A stretch of DNA of 50,089 bases from a virus (taxonomy: Duplodnaviria; Caudoviricetes), in the IMG/VR virus record IMGVR_UViG_3300029183_000007, positions 1 to 50,089 of that record; one strand, written 5' to 3'. Positions 34,901 to 44,180 of the stretch are shown here, piece after piece. Every line of letters starts with the position of its first letter. Within the stretch, counting starts at the first letter, position 1. A program made the translations under genes and the position numbers. The notes beneath the pieces are model-generated. The model was not told where the DNA came from and made no database searches. It saw only the letters and a list, made by a program, of their open reading frames with translations.

Positions 34901-35039
34901 CGGCGTCGAGCCAGTGAATTTCGGAAGAACTTTGAACGCTGGTGCGAACTTACAACGTCTTCATCTCGTAGCGTTATTTGATCGTGTTCTAACGGGAACG
35001 GAAATCACGAACCTCGCTGCTTACGGCGATCCATCGTAG
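31995..35039 (+). CDS. Multi-LamG/concanavalin-like repeat virion protein
   Basis: Four ~250-aa units; V.CW.D, PFS.., TYDGSG.E.G..IY.DG recur. Confidence 0.8.
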   Translation: MRTRKPVLRLRASARPTLFQGCGSLSGLPTPPIISDTVGLDHYVRADWGYQDQSMQTLASSSGHNVVALKDFSAGENHFDETIPAGKEPTYEPNVFNTHPAIVFDGANDYLRSVFGADQGSPQHYFITFSLQGTNIGQTLFDDSNNLNNNRVYGQSGGSTNTDLSMYVTGGLALPETVSNDITTTCEFLFNGASSKCRINGSDYAAGDVGDIADLLQGITLGSQGGGGSTHMQMKFAEFRRFNVVKSDSEADDIMCEMIQRYNAIVPVSSISPVQTNLLAEWRNASGSILNDEWCRIIALDGKDVSCWRDAKNDKEAKQLVFSQKPSYDETDTAVFFSGTDENLVVEDAADLDFGDGVNDEPFSVSARFKTTQPSSVHMMTLSRDNIADNSYSVWCSVPGGTVDRIRFIIRDSGGTVTLQCDSSVLAVNDDAFHTVTYTYDGSGDETGLEVYLDGVNVVSSRQELGGTYSATESGTQRLRIGGLKSGSNVVNEFTGEISGVQVHEAVLTAQNALDIHCGYVQDEIPENSTTSDSPSAANVVAHWRATSGEVYSGPCCRVTANDAEAVYCWWDISGNHHEAKQPTLGSRPDYSASDNSLAFDGATAFLEVDDHDDFTFSNGSNDLPFSVAVNWSSNNTASPQGIAGKADHFQDENSEWYLIYISGQIYFRITDQLNSAYIGKRIAITLDGTYRSITVTYDGSGLESGINIYFDGVLQSAVSASGGIGFSRMRNSDSKFYIGRREASGAFLTGNLKDVQVLNKELTLAEVQAISDYHNPGYPVSDYVFLMDDESENVFSDTGCSTEITDLGAVACWHDVSVNGFEATQMVMANRPQWDDDGPWIEFDAVTDVLEIADDDLLSFGDGATDDPFSIAGWVYPGSAYMVDKAINTVAGEWFVYFHAGEVFFGVIDRSTGARVSIKSASATTATWAHYTFTYNGNGAESGLNIYRDGSLLTPTGNSGGSYVAMENGVEPVNFGRTLNAGANLQRLHLVALFDRVLTGTEITNLAAYGDPS

Positions 35040-35049
35040 AGGAAAAATC

Positions 35050-35481
35050 ATGCACAATTGGAAATTCCTTGCCATCGCTCCTAATTCTGTAGCGGAAGCG
35101 ATTTTCGCATCCATCGCCGAGAGGTTTGGGTCGGATCAGGCAGGGACATTCTCCGCGAGGCTATCGGCGAATGGAGAAGAACCACATACCCACATGCTCG
35201 CGAATTCGCATGTAGGTGATTCTCAACTATCAGTTATCATCGGGTTTATTTGCGATCAGTTAAGCCTTACTATGCCTTGGGACGAAGTGTCAAAGATGTC
35301 TTGGGGAGAGATGCACATTGACGAGAAACTAAGGTGGATTCGCATGCAGACGCCCACCATCGAAGCGGGTTTTGGAGGCGGAGTTTTGCGGTTCAAGTAC
35401 CTAGGGGTAATCGGAGACTACAACCTTGGCCATGAAATCACTGAGGCAGGTTTGCAAATAGTTTCACCTCAGGAAATTTGA
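35050..35481 (+). CDS. Hypothetical protein (possible fibre-associated chaperone)
   Basis: 143-aa ORF, GAGGA RBS; LSANGEEPHTH motif. Confidence 0.65.
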   Translation: MHNWKFLAIAPNSVAEAIFASIAERFGSDQAGTFSARLSANGEEPHTHMLANSHVGDSQLSVIIGFICDQLSLTMPWDEVSKMSWGEMHIDEKLRWIRMQTPTIEAGFGGGVLRFKYLGVIGDYNLGHEITEAGLQIVSPQEI

Positions 35482-35488
35482 GGAATAA

Positions 35489-36031
35489 ATGGCAACAATC
35501 ATCACGACAACGCAGAGTTACATTACCCCCGCGGAGTTCCTGTTGCGGTTCGATGCTCGTGCCATCGCTCGGTATTGCGCCGACGACGAAAACGCAGTCC
35601 CTCCTGCTGACCTGCCAACTAACGAAGTCTTACTTTGGGCTTTGAAGTCGGCTTCCGGGATGGTGCAAGCCTCGGCTGTCCGTGGGTGTCGTTACACTCC
35701 TCAGCAGCTGGAAGAACTGATAAACCAAGTTCCGCTCACGCTCTCCGGCGAGACGTTAAAAGACGTGACCGCGTGGCTCGCAATCACTAAGCTGCAAGAG
35801 CGACGACCACACGGCGGCGAACCACCCAACGAGTACCACTATGAACGTGCGATGGGTTTTCTTGAACGTCTCGCGGCAGGAGATCAGGTGTTAGCATTCG
35901 AGGAAACGGTCGACGCAGGACTTATCGACCTGGGCGAAACGGACTACGAAGATTTACAAGAGACGTGCGCGACGGTCTTTCGAGCCAATCGGCTTTTGGG
36001 GGATCACGCACGAGAAAGCAGAAAGTGTTAA
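35489..36031 (+). CDS. Head-tail adaptor (Mu gp36/DUF1320-like)
   Basis: YIT..EF..RFD, ALKSASGMV, RY, YERAMGFLERLAAG. Confidence 0.75.
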   Translation: MATIITTTQSYITPAEFLLRFDARAIARYCADDENAVPPADLPTNEVLLWALKSASGMVQASAVRGCRYTPQQLEELINQVPLTLSGETLKDVTAWLAITKLQERRPHGGEPPNEYHYERAMGFLERLAAGDQVLAFEETVDAGLIDLGETDYEDLQETCATVFRANRLLGDHARESRKC

Positions 36032-36652
36032 ATGCCTGTTCAGCACTACAGCACTGGGCCAGTGATGCTGTTCGTTCAGTTCCGCCAGGGGCAACTCAAC
36101 GGACAGCCAGCGTTTCTTGGTTGGGGCGAAACCGCTCCGGACATCGAGGAGCGACCGGAATGGGAACCTGTCATGTCCGACGACGTCGGCTCGAAGATTC
36201 CGTCCGACATCATCTGGCAGGGGAGCCATGCTTACGTCTCGGTCGACATGACCAAACGGGACGAGGAAATCATCCTGAACCTCAAAGCCCGCCCATATTT
36301 CCTGAACAGCGTACCTGGTCTAGATGTGTTCGGGGAACGTGGTTCGCTCCTGATTACGGAGAACCTCTCATTTATTTTCTACTGCCTGTTCACCTACAAT
36401 GGGAAACCAGTGTATGGACAGAACGGGCAGCCCGACGGGTACAGATTCCCGTACACTTGGGTCGAAGGACCGGACGTCCACGGCGTGGGGATGAAAGTCA
36501 ACAAGAGACACCTTGTGTTTCACTCCATCCAGGGGCCACAGTCCAAGGGGAATCCGTTCAACCACTTGGTGTACGATCACGACATGTCGGCTCTGGCTCC
36601 GTTTGTGCCAGGACTACAAGTGACCTCTTTAGCTGAGTTTCTAGCAGCATGA
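36032..36652 (+). CDS. Putative major tail tube protein
   Basis: 206 aa, FLGW...PDI, YRFP; precedes the frameshifted chaperone. Confidence 0.65.
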   Translation: MPVQHYSTGPVMLFVQFRQGQLNGQPAFLGWGETAPDIEERPEWEPVMSDDVGSKIPSDIIWQGSHAYVSVDMTKRDEEIILNLKARPYFLNSVPGLDVFGERGSLLITENLSFIFYCLFTYNGKPVYGQNGQPDGYRFPYTWVEGPDVHGVGMKVNKRHLVFHSIQGPQSKGNPFNHLVYDHDMSALAPFVPGLQVTSLAEFLAA

Positions 36653-37005
36653 TCGACGAACGCGGCATTTTTGTTACTGAGGTGAATAGCCTCACAGTCC
36701 GGTTCGACCCTGTCAGGGCGTACCGGATTTTTGTGTATGAGCTGGAGAACACGTTCGAGGAAACGGTCAACCAGCTTCAGTCGGACGAGCCGCTATTGGC
36801 TTTCAATGCGGCGGGCAAGCTGATTGCTCTCGCGTCGAAAGCCTTCTGCGTTCCGCTCTACAATCCGGAGCTGGACGTCGGGTTGACCGACCAGGACGTA
36901 CTCACGATTCTCTCGCGATACGTGGCCTACTTGCGTAAAAAAAAAGAAAGTCGCGAATCGATGCCGACCTCGCCAGCACCTACGGAAGCGGCGTTCTTGG
37001 GCTAG
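36649..37005 (+). CDS. Tail assembly chaperone (gpG-like)
   Basis: Follows the tail tube gene; KKK encoded by an A9 run near the 3' end. Confidence 0.75.
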   Translation: MIDERGIFVTEVNSLTVRFDPVRAYRIFVYELENTFEETVNQLQSDEPLLAFNAAGKLIALASKAFCVPLYNPELDVGLTDQDVLTILSRYVAYLRKKKESRESMPTSPAPTEAAFLG

Positions 37006-37238
37006 ATTGGGACACCAAGTACGGCCTCTGGCTCCAGTGTCCGAGGATTTGGCAACGCCAGGCACTACAGACGGCCATCGGCAACAGCATCGCACAGTCG
37101 ACTGGCCAGCTTGGTTGGGGACTGTTTGACTCAATGGAAATCATTCCGGAGACCACTGGTTACACACACTACGAAGCCAACAAGAAGCGAGCTAAGGCTC
37201 ACGCAAAGAGGAATCCACAATTCCCGACCATCCGATAA
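36939..37238 (+). CDS. -1 frameshift extension of the tail assembly chaperone (gpGT-like, 97 aa)
   Basis: A AAA AAA slippery site; -1 frame RKSRIDADLASTYG...PTIR open to TAA 37236-37238. Confidence 0.75.
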   Translation, partial: KKRKSRIDADLASTYGSGVLGLDWDTKYGLWLQCPRIWQRQALQTAIGNSIAQSTGQLGWGLFDSMEIIPETTGYTHYEANKKRAKAHAKRNPQFPTIR

Positions 37239-37246
37239 TCGAAGGC

Positions 37247-37945
37247 TTGCTTGAAGCCACTGAAATCATCGCCGATGCGAAAGAGGACATGATCCCGGAA
37301 ATCCAGTTGGAGACCGGACATAACACTCCCCTGGTTTCGTTGGGGGAGCTGTTCGCGCCGGAGGACGTGTTCCCGGACTTCAGCCTCAATCCGCTTGAAG
37401 CGAATCTACCTAAAGTGACCCAGCTCATGTCGTCCCCTACCACACAGTTGCAGCCGTCGGCTCCGACCACACAAGTTAAATTGACGGAACCGACCCAACT
37501 GGTGGTAGATGAGGACATTCCAACGGCGGACATCGACATGACGTCCGAGCCACTAGAGCCAGAGGAGTTTTACACCTACTCCCTGGACACTATCAACGAA
37601 GGGGGAGACGGACTCAGCCCGATCCAGCTATTCGGGATGGACGCAGAGCTGGCTCAGATAGCCCAGCTCGAAGCCTCTTCAACTGAGCTGATGCACCGAT
37701 CACAAACGATGGACGTCCCTACGCAACCCCTGGCAGGAGGGAGCTACTACGACCTTTCGCCAGAGGTGAGCCTAAACCCCTCACCACAGGGCTTGCAGAT
37801 GGAGTCCAACGACGAACTGGCTAACCTCCTACGGAAGCTAACCGATTCGATTCGGACGCAATCGGAAGAGATTAGAGAGCCTGCATTCATCGCTCCGGAG
37901 CTGAACACCATCGGGCCAATTCCGGGAGGCATCAATGAGGGTTGA
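37247..37945 (+). CDS. Short acidic protein in the tape-measure position
   Basis: 232 aa, P/E/T/S-rich, directly after the chaperone; start uncertain. Confidence 0.6.
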   Translation: MLEATEIIADAKEDMIPEIQLETGHNTPLVSLGELFAPEDVFPDFSLNPLEANLPKVTQLMSSPTTQLQPSAPTTQVKLTEPTQLVVDEDIPTADIDMTSEPLEPEEFYTYSLDTINEGGDGLSPIQLFGMDAELAQIAQLEASSTELMHRSQTMDVPTQPLAGGSYYDLSPEVSLNPSPQGLQMESNDELANLLRKLTDSIRTQSEEIREPAFIAPELNTIGPIPGGINEG

Positions 37946-39479
37946 TTATGGTGCGGTTGAATTCGCACTCAAGCGAATCCTTGGCTATCAGGCTGAGAAA
38001 ATTTACGATGAACACGGTACGTACCTCAACACCGAGACGACGTTCACACTGGAGTGTGTGTACAACTCTGAGACACACAGCTACACCCAACCAGCCCAGG
38101 TCAATGGCAATCCTGGACGCAACACAGGGAACTTGGCCGCACAGACCGAATCTGCTATCCGCCACCATTTCAGCCAACCACGAAAACTCTTTCGAGTCGT
38201 CGATCGAGCGGGGAACGTCCTGTTCAACACCCCGGACAATAACTTGCCATGCGATGCGAAAAACGGGCCACTGCCAACGCTCCACAGTGTCCAGAACAAC
38301 TTCAACGACAAGAGCTGGAAAGTCGTTTTTTCAATCAAGACTTGGCAGAACGAGTGCAACGGACGGAGCGTAACAAACCAGATCGGGACGTTCTCCATCT
38401 TCGATACTCCGCTCCTCTCTTACGAGTGGCGGGGCATGTGGGGCATGATGGAGAATTTCTGGCAGTACGCTGTCTTCTCCGGACGTGCGGTTTTCGATGC
38501 GGCTTGGCTACGGACGAACGCACTCAGCCCGGACGATTTCAAACACTTCCTGATTAACGAACTTCCGATACCTGGTTTCCGCCAAGGCAAGCTGGAGGTG
38601 GTGCAAGAGGCGGACGGCATTACTTACAGTTGGGTAGCGACCGAGAAACAGGTCAAGCTGGCCTGGGAGTCCAACCGAATCGTCAACATCGACGTACAGC
38701 ACACAGGTGGTTACTCGGTCACAGACCCCGTGGCTCCGATTCTCGCTACCGGAACCGTCCCACCAGCTAGCACGACGACCGAGACCATCGACCAAACAGG
38801 AAATCAGGTTTCCCGCACACGCACGACCCGTAGCACCATGACACAACTGTCGGCATCAGGCGGACAGACTCTCGCGGCTTGGGCGGGACGAGCGTTCCAA
38901 AGTCTGTTGCCGATCTTTCACAAGGCGATGTATGTTCGCGTGGAGGGACGGCCAGGTACGAACATCGCACACTTGAAAGACGTCGCGTGGCAGATTGCGG
39001 AGTTTCGGCTCCGGCTTGGGCAGATACTCACGAACCTGAACACCACGAATCATAAGTTCGAGTTCCGAATCAACCTTCCAGAGAATTACGTGGAGCTCCA
39101 TGTCTCGGTGGTTTCCGGCCTCTTGGCACGTGCGTTCAACTCACAGTTTTTGCGGGACGCACTCAATGGCGTTCTCCAGGGGAACATCAACCGAGCCTAC
39201 ACCGGAGCGGAGAACTTGACGTTTGCTTTGACGACCGACCGGGACGATGCCCATCCGACACATGGTGCGTCCATCTATGACCAGAATGAGAACCTGCTGG
39301 GCAACGCACAGGACGCAACACCGGCTCGGCAGATTGACGACAATGTCCGATTCAGCCTGCTCGAACCGGACTTGCAAGGGGACTGCGAAAAGCCTAAGTA
39401 TGAAGAACCATACAAGCGACGCAAGCCTGTTGACCTTCTGGAAATCCTTGACCCCAATGGTAGGGTGGACTTGTTCTGA
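37935..39479 (+). CDS. Putative tail tip/baseplate protein
   Basis: 514-aa ORF in the tail operon, GGAGG RBS. Confidence 0.6.
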   Translation: MRVDYGAVEFALKRILGYQAEKIYDEHGTYLNTETTFTLECVYNSETHSYTQPAQVNGNPGRNTGNLAAQTESAIRHHFSQPRKLFRVVDRAGNVLFNTPDNNLPCDAKNGPLPTLHSVQNNFNDKSWKVVFSIKTWQNECNGRSVTNQIGTFSIFDTPLLSYEWRGMWGMMENFWQYAVFSGRAVFDAAWLRTNALSPDDFKHFLINELPIPGFRQGKLEVVQEADGITYSWVATEKQVKLAWESNRIVNIDVQHTGGYSVTDPVAPILATGTVPPASTTTETIDQTGNQVSRTRTTRSTMTQLSASGGQTLAAWAGRAFQSLLPIFHKAMYVRVEGRPGTNIAHLKDVAWQIAEFRLRLGQILTNLNTTNHKFEFRINLPENYVELHVSVVSGLLARAFNSQFLRDALNGVLQGNINRAYTGAENLTFALTTDRDDAHPTHGASIYDQNENLLGNAQDATPARQIDDNVRFSLLEPDLQGDCEKPKYEEPYKRRKPVDLLEILDPNGRVDLF

Positions 39480-39964
39480 TGCCTATTGATCAGATGCCAG
39501 GTGGTCAGGGAGACTACCGGGAATACGTTGTTGACACGGAGTACATGACCGATCACGGCTGGGTACAGCTCCCAGCGGTGGACGGCGCAACGTCTCCGGT
39601 TTGCCGAGTTCACGAGGGCTACAGCCAAAGGCGAGTCTTGTTTAAGATCGTCAAAGCCGGGAACAAGCCCACAGACTTGCCGACCAAGCAGCCGATGGCG
39701 GGAGAGACGTTGCTCACAGAGAAGGTTATTGCTCGGTCAGCGACCACCAACGGACTAACGCCGGTATGGGAAGTGTCGGGGGAGTACGTGTTCGCGATGG
39801 GGCAGCCTCCAGAGCGGTACGTGTTCGGCAACTCGCCGGAGTTTACGGTGGACGAAGAATTGTACTATGATGACCAGGACATGTCTGGGGGGCCGACTGG
39901 TCAGCCAGGACTAACCAACACAAAATCTGGAAATACTGGGCCACTCGGTGGAGGAATTATCTAA
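39479..39964 (+). CDS. Putative tail protein
   Basis: 161 aa, TGATG-coupled. Confidence 0.6.
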   Translation: MPIDQMPGGQGDYREYVVDTEYMTDHGWVQLPAVDGATSPVCRVHEGYSQRRVLFKIVKAGNKPTDLPTKQPMAGETLLTEKVIARSATTNGLTPVWEVSGEYVFAMGQPPERYVFGNSPEFTVDEELYYDDQDMSGGPTGQPGLTNTKSGNTGPLGGGII

Positions 39965-41344
39965 ATGGCTGTCAACCCAACCAACGTTCTTACGCGTCTC
40001 GGCAAATTCTGGCGGGGCGTTCTGTCGATTCAGGAGTTCGCTCAAGCAGGTGACTTGACCGCAGCTGGCGGGCTCCGTTCACTCGGAGATATGGAAGAGC
40101 GGATTCACGACGAATACGCAATCCAGGACAAGGGACGGATAGAGGATGTCCACGCGGTGTTCGCGGGAATCAAGCAGACGGTAACAAGCCAAGCCGTGGC
40201 GATCACGAACATGATTAAAACCGACCTGGTGGGAGAGCTGAACCAAGATCAGCTCCTGCCCGACAACCAGGAAGAAACGGCGGTGCGTCAGTTCATCGCG
40301 GACATGATTGAAGTCGGAGCCACGGTTCAGCGCAGCACTTGCACAGTAACGCCGAATGTCGGAGCGGGTAACACCGGAACCGGAACAATCCTGGCCACAC
40401 TCACGCGAGGTGACGGCCTGGTGAGCGAGCAGGCACGGGCAGAAACGATTGAAATCACTTGCACCAGAGATCATGCGTCAAGCCAAACCGCAGTTCGCTC
40501 AGAAGTGTTCACCTTGCGGGGAGAGCAAAACGAAGCGGCCAACTCGCTTTCGTTCAACTATCCATCTGGTTCGGGTGCAACCGCAACGGTTTCGACAAGT
40601 ATTTTTTCCAGCTCGACGGTTCTGTCCAACACGGGTTTCGATTCGTTCAACGCGACAACGAATCTGTTTACCGGATGGACGATCAACAACGGCGTGGCGG
40701 GTACGGACATCGTCCAAGAGACCACGGTGAAAACTGGAGTCCACTCAACCAGCTCCGCAAAGTTCATCGACGGGACAACGGCCAGTCTCGAATTTCGAGT
40801 GCGAGACATTACCGTTACGAATAGCATCAACCTGATTCGGCCAGAGACCAACTACGCCGTGAGTTTTTGGGTAGACCGTGAGGCAGCACTCACAGCAGGG
40901 GAGTTGCGTTTCGAGATGGTCGACGGGACGGATACGGTCATCAACGATAACCTGGGCGCTCCCAATTCGATACCGGCTCTGTTGGCTCCCATCGTGGCGG
41001 GGACGTTCACACAGTTCACGGGCTGGTTTCGCACTCCTCGCGTCTTGCCAGAAATCGTTACGATTCGCTTTCGGCCAGAAACGGCTCCCACTGGTGGGGC
41101 GGCATTCGTCGATGATCTGGCGTTCGTTACGCCGACTGAAGCGTACCCAGGGGGGCCAGAATTGGCCATCTTCCCAGGGACAACGCCGTTCGTCCTGGCG
41201 GACAGCTTCACCCTGGATGTGACGAACGACCGTGCGGGAATCTTCCAGGACATGTTCCAAAGAATTTACCCCATGACGACTTGGGGCGTACAGCTTCCGT
41301 CCGCTTTGGCTCCGACCATCAATGACGCAACCCTAGTGGTGTAA
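39965..41344 (+). CDS. Putative tail/baseplate protein with a carbohydrate-binding-module-like domain
   Basis: NTGF...GW...Y.VSFWV...F..F.GWF..P...FVDDL jelly-roll pattern. Confidence 0.6.
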   Translation: MAVNPTNVLTRLGKFWRGVLSIQEFAQAGDLTAAGGLRSLGDMEERIHDEYAIQDKGRIEDVHAVFAGIKQTVTSQAVAITNMIKTDLVGELNQDQLLPDNQEETAVRQFIADMIEVGATVQRSTCTVTPNVGAGNTGTGTILATLTRGDGLVSEQARAETIEITCTRDHASSQTAVRSEVFTLRGEQNEAANSLSFNYPSGSGATATVSTSIFSSSTVLSNTGFDSFNATTNLFTGWTINNGVAGTDIVQETTVKTGVHSTSSAKFIDGTTASLEFRVRDITVTNSINLIRPETNYAVSFWVDREAALTAGELRFEMVDGTDTVINDNLGAPNSIPALLAPIVAGTFTQFTGWFRTPRVLPEIVTIRFRPETAPTGGAAFVDDLAFVTPTEAYPGGPELAIFPGTTPFVLADSFTLDVTNDRAGIFQDMFQRIYPMTTWGVQLPSALAPTINDATLVV

Positions 41345-41883
41345 TGAACCAAATTCCTGTCCCCCTAGAACCGATTCTGCATCAGATGCGGTTTCGGTTG
41401 ATCGATGTAGCGGAGATACCTGGTGATCTGGTTGGGATCACGATTCCCGGAGCTAGGTACAGCCAGACTACGCACTCAACGGGAGAACCGTTCGAGGTCA
41501 TGGGGGACAGGGACGTCATCATCACTCCGAACAATTTCCGCAGACTCTCTCCTGGCGGTGGAGCCTACGCCACCAAGATTTCCCAAGAAATCTTCGTTCG
41601 CTGTCGGCACAGGAACGAGCTAGACCAGCACGACCGGAAACCACTGTTGACAGGGAACCTGGACACACTCCGGCTCCTGGTGGCCGATGCACTGGACGGA
41701 TACCTGCCAGTAGATTTAGCCGACAATGTGTTGACAATCGAACCGCTTTACCTGGAGGGTGGTTTCTTCCGGGCTAGCCCGACCAAAGAGCATCACTTCT
41801 GGGGCGTAACACAATTGGTGTTTACGGCAGTTCACGAAATTCCACGTCCGATCGGGCGTTCCTACTGTTTGTGGACGGGCTAA
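41344..41883 (+). CDS. Putative tail completion/structural protein
   Basis: 179 aa, TAATG-coupled in the tail operon. Confidence 0.55.
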   Translation: MNQIPVPLEPILHQMRFRLIDVAEIPGDLVGITIPGARYSQTTHSTGEPFEVMGDRDVIITPNNFRRLSPGGGAYATKISQEIFVRCRHRNELDQHDRKPLLTGNLDTLRLLVADALDGYLPVDLADNVLTIEPLYLEGGFFRASPTKEHHFWGVTQLVFTAVHEIPRPIGRSYCLWTG

Positions 41884-42611
41884 TGATTACATTCGGTGGA
41901 CTCCCAACCTACCCGGCTCCCGCTCCATTGGCCGAGCGTATTTCACGTCTGATCCCTCCCAGCGACATCTACCAGTTTGAACATCATAGTCCCTTGTGGG
42001 CGTTTGATGGTTTCATTCCTTGGCAGCCGATCAAGCTCGGTGAACTACGCTGGCCGATTAGCGCGAGTCAGTGGGCTTCGTGTCATGTGCTGATGCGAGA
42101 GAACGACTTGGCACAGCTCCGACTGAAGATAAACAACCCGCACCAAACCCAGGAGTTAAGGCTCTATGACGAGACGACGACGATTTCTGCGCAGATGTGG
42201 GCGTTACCGGCGAGGCCACTTTTCCAGACAGATGCGGCAGGAGAAGACCTCTATCTGCTGTCACTTGTGGACGACCGTTATCGGTGGTGGAAGGTGGACT
42301 CCACGTTTTCGGTCGACCCGGCATCCTGGACTTGGGATACGCTCTATGAACGAATTGGAGAGGCGCTTGGGACTCCAATTGTCACGGGGGGAGTTGGCGG
42401 AAATTATGGAATTCCGTCAACAGCTCTCAGCTTCCAGTTCGACTGGCTCCCACCACTTCTTGACCTCGTGGCCAGGTCAACAGGACGAGTCATCGTCCGA
42501 GACCGCAATGGCACAGTGACCGCGATGACTCCGACCAACTCGAAGGCTATCCAGGACGGCCAGGACAGAGCCTTTCGGCGTATTGCGGGAGGGCAGTTTA
42601 AGCTACCATGA
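41883..42611 (+). CDS. Putative tail hub protein
   Basis: LSLVDDRYRW and LLDLVARSTGR..V.D..G.V resemble late-control/hub proteins. Confidence 0.55.
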   Translation: MITFGGLPTYPAPAPLAERISRLIPPSDIYQFEHHSPLWAFDGFIPWQPIKLGELRWPISASQWASCHVLMRENDLAQLRLKINNPHQTQELRLYDETTTISAQMWALPARPLFQTDAAGEDLYLLSLVDDRYRWWKVDSTFSVDPASWTWDTLYERIGEALGTPIVTGGVGGNYGIPSTALSFQFDWLPPLLDLVARSTGRVIVRDRNGTVTAMTPTNSKAIQDGQDRAFRRIAGGQFKLP

Positions 42612-44143
42612 TGCAGCACTCGTTAGACCACGATCTGTATTCGCTTCTTCCTGGCCGGGTGCTGGTGGCGTTCACCAAGGTTGCCGCTGGCGTTCCGGTA
42701 CGGGAACAATACGTCGTTACGGTCACTCTCGACTACACGCGGATACCTGGCCTGCCCATCGACTTTGCTGGCTCGCAAGACGCAAAGATTTTCCATTCGA
42801 CTGCCGTGGCCAATTTTACCCTAGCTACCGACACCACACCAACCAACAACGCCGAAATCTTGGCGATGGCTGACCAGCTAGCCTACGACTGGTGGACGTG
42901 GCAGCTTGGCCGACACGACATGGTTCTGTCGTGCCTGGCTCCCTACGCGCATGAGGGACACTCGGACATCTGCTGGTCAGACAATGAGGGAGGGATTTCT
43001 ACCAGGGTGATGCGTCAGACCTGGAACGACTATACGAACCGAGTCTACCAGTACAGCACCGCTGGGGAAATCATCATTTGTTGCGGCGGAGACATCGTTG
43101 TCTACAACGGAAGCGTATACGTGTTCATTGGTGGGGTGTATGTTTTAGTCGGTGGCGGGACGTTCAATCTCACGATCCAGGATGACGGAACGCCACAGGT
43201 TGTTCTGACTAATCGGAATCTGATTGAGTTCGACGAAACCTATTTTGGAGTCTCGGCAAAAGCTCCAGCAGGTGCGGCGGTCACTCTCAAGACGTCGATG
43301 ACCCAAACTGGAGATATTTGCGAGGGTCGACTTACTCCTAACGAATTCGACCCGATCCCAGTTGACCCCGTGACCAACCCAGGAGTGGGGATTGATGCCT
43401 TGTATGACATCCCCTTCATCGGAAACAAAGTCAAACTCTACAACACAACGCTGAATGACTGGGAAGTTCATGAGTACGACGCGTCCGGGGTGACACTTCT
43501 GCTTGCGCCTCTGAGCCTTTCGGCCAACACGCTTTACAACGTTTACCTTTACGACAATGCCGGTGTGCTGACTCTCGAAGTGTCCACGACTGGCTATGCT
43601 CTGGTCGATGGGATTCGAGTCAAGAGCGGCGAAAATCACAAGCGTTTTCGTGGTCGAATCCGCACGGACGCGAGTGGTGGCTACGAAGTTTCCTCTCAAC
43701 GATGGATGCTGGAAAACGACTGCAATCGACGTCCTCGCGCGATATGGGTGGGTGACAACTCGATCCACACTTACGGCGGAAGTTCGTGGCAAGTGTGGAA
43801 CAATGGCGTTACACCAACGGCTAACTCTCGCGTGGAGTGGATCAGTCTGAGAGACGAATCGATTAGTGTGCATCTGAATGGCTGTATTGATGGTAATTCA
43901 TTAATGACTGGCGTTGCCGCAACTCTTGGCTACGGAGTGAACGACTCGGCGACTGCTACATGGTGTCAAATCGGCCATGCAGGGACTAATTTGCATTACG
44001 GTTCAACCGGAGGAGAAACTCCGATCGATACACTTGTTGACGGCCTGAATTACATCCAAGTGATGGAAAACGGGGGTGGTCTGCCAAGTGGTCAGGAAGC
44101 CAGCTTTGAGGACTTCAAGATGTTTGTGAGGATACAGTCATAA
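42608..44143 (+). CDS. Putative tail fibre/receptor-binding protein
   Basis: Last large tail gene; GRLT, LSANTLYNVYLYD, RF.GRIRT and N..NR motifs. Confidence 0.65.
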   Translation: MMQHSLDHDLYSLLPGRVLVAFTKVAAGVPVREQYVVTVTLDYTRIPGLPIDFAGSQDAKIFHSTAVANFTLATDTTPTNNAEILAMADQLAYDWWTWQLGRHDMVLSCLAPYAHEGHSDICWSDNEGGISTRVMRQTWNDYTNRVYQYSTAGEIIICCGGDIVVYNGSVYVFIGGVYVLVGGGTFNLTIQDDGTPQVVLTNRNLIEFDETYFGVSAKAPAGAAVTLKTSMTQTGDICEGRLTPNEFDPIPVDPVTNPGVGIDALYDIPFIGNKVKLYNTTLNDWEVHEYDASGVTLLLAPLSLSANTLYNVYLYDNAGVLTLEVSTTGYALVDGIRVKSGENHKRFRGRIRTDASGGYEVSSQRWMLENDCNRRPRAIWVGDNSIHTYGGSSWQVWNNGVTPTANSRVEWISLRDESISVHLNGCIDGNSLMTGVAATLGYGVNDSATATWCQIGHAGTNLHYGSTGGETPIDTLVDGLNYIQVMENGGGLPSGQEASFEDFKMFVRIQS

Positions 44144-44180
44144 GAAAAAAGTAAATGTGCAGTAAAAAGAAGATGACTCA

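Noticed and set aside
35965-36636. 223-aa alternative-frame ORF overlapping the tail tube gene
   Set aside because: Arg/Ser-rich off-frame composition and no recognisable motif, unlike the nested MTase ORF
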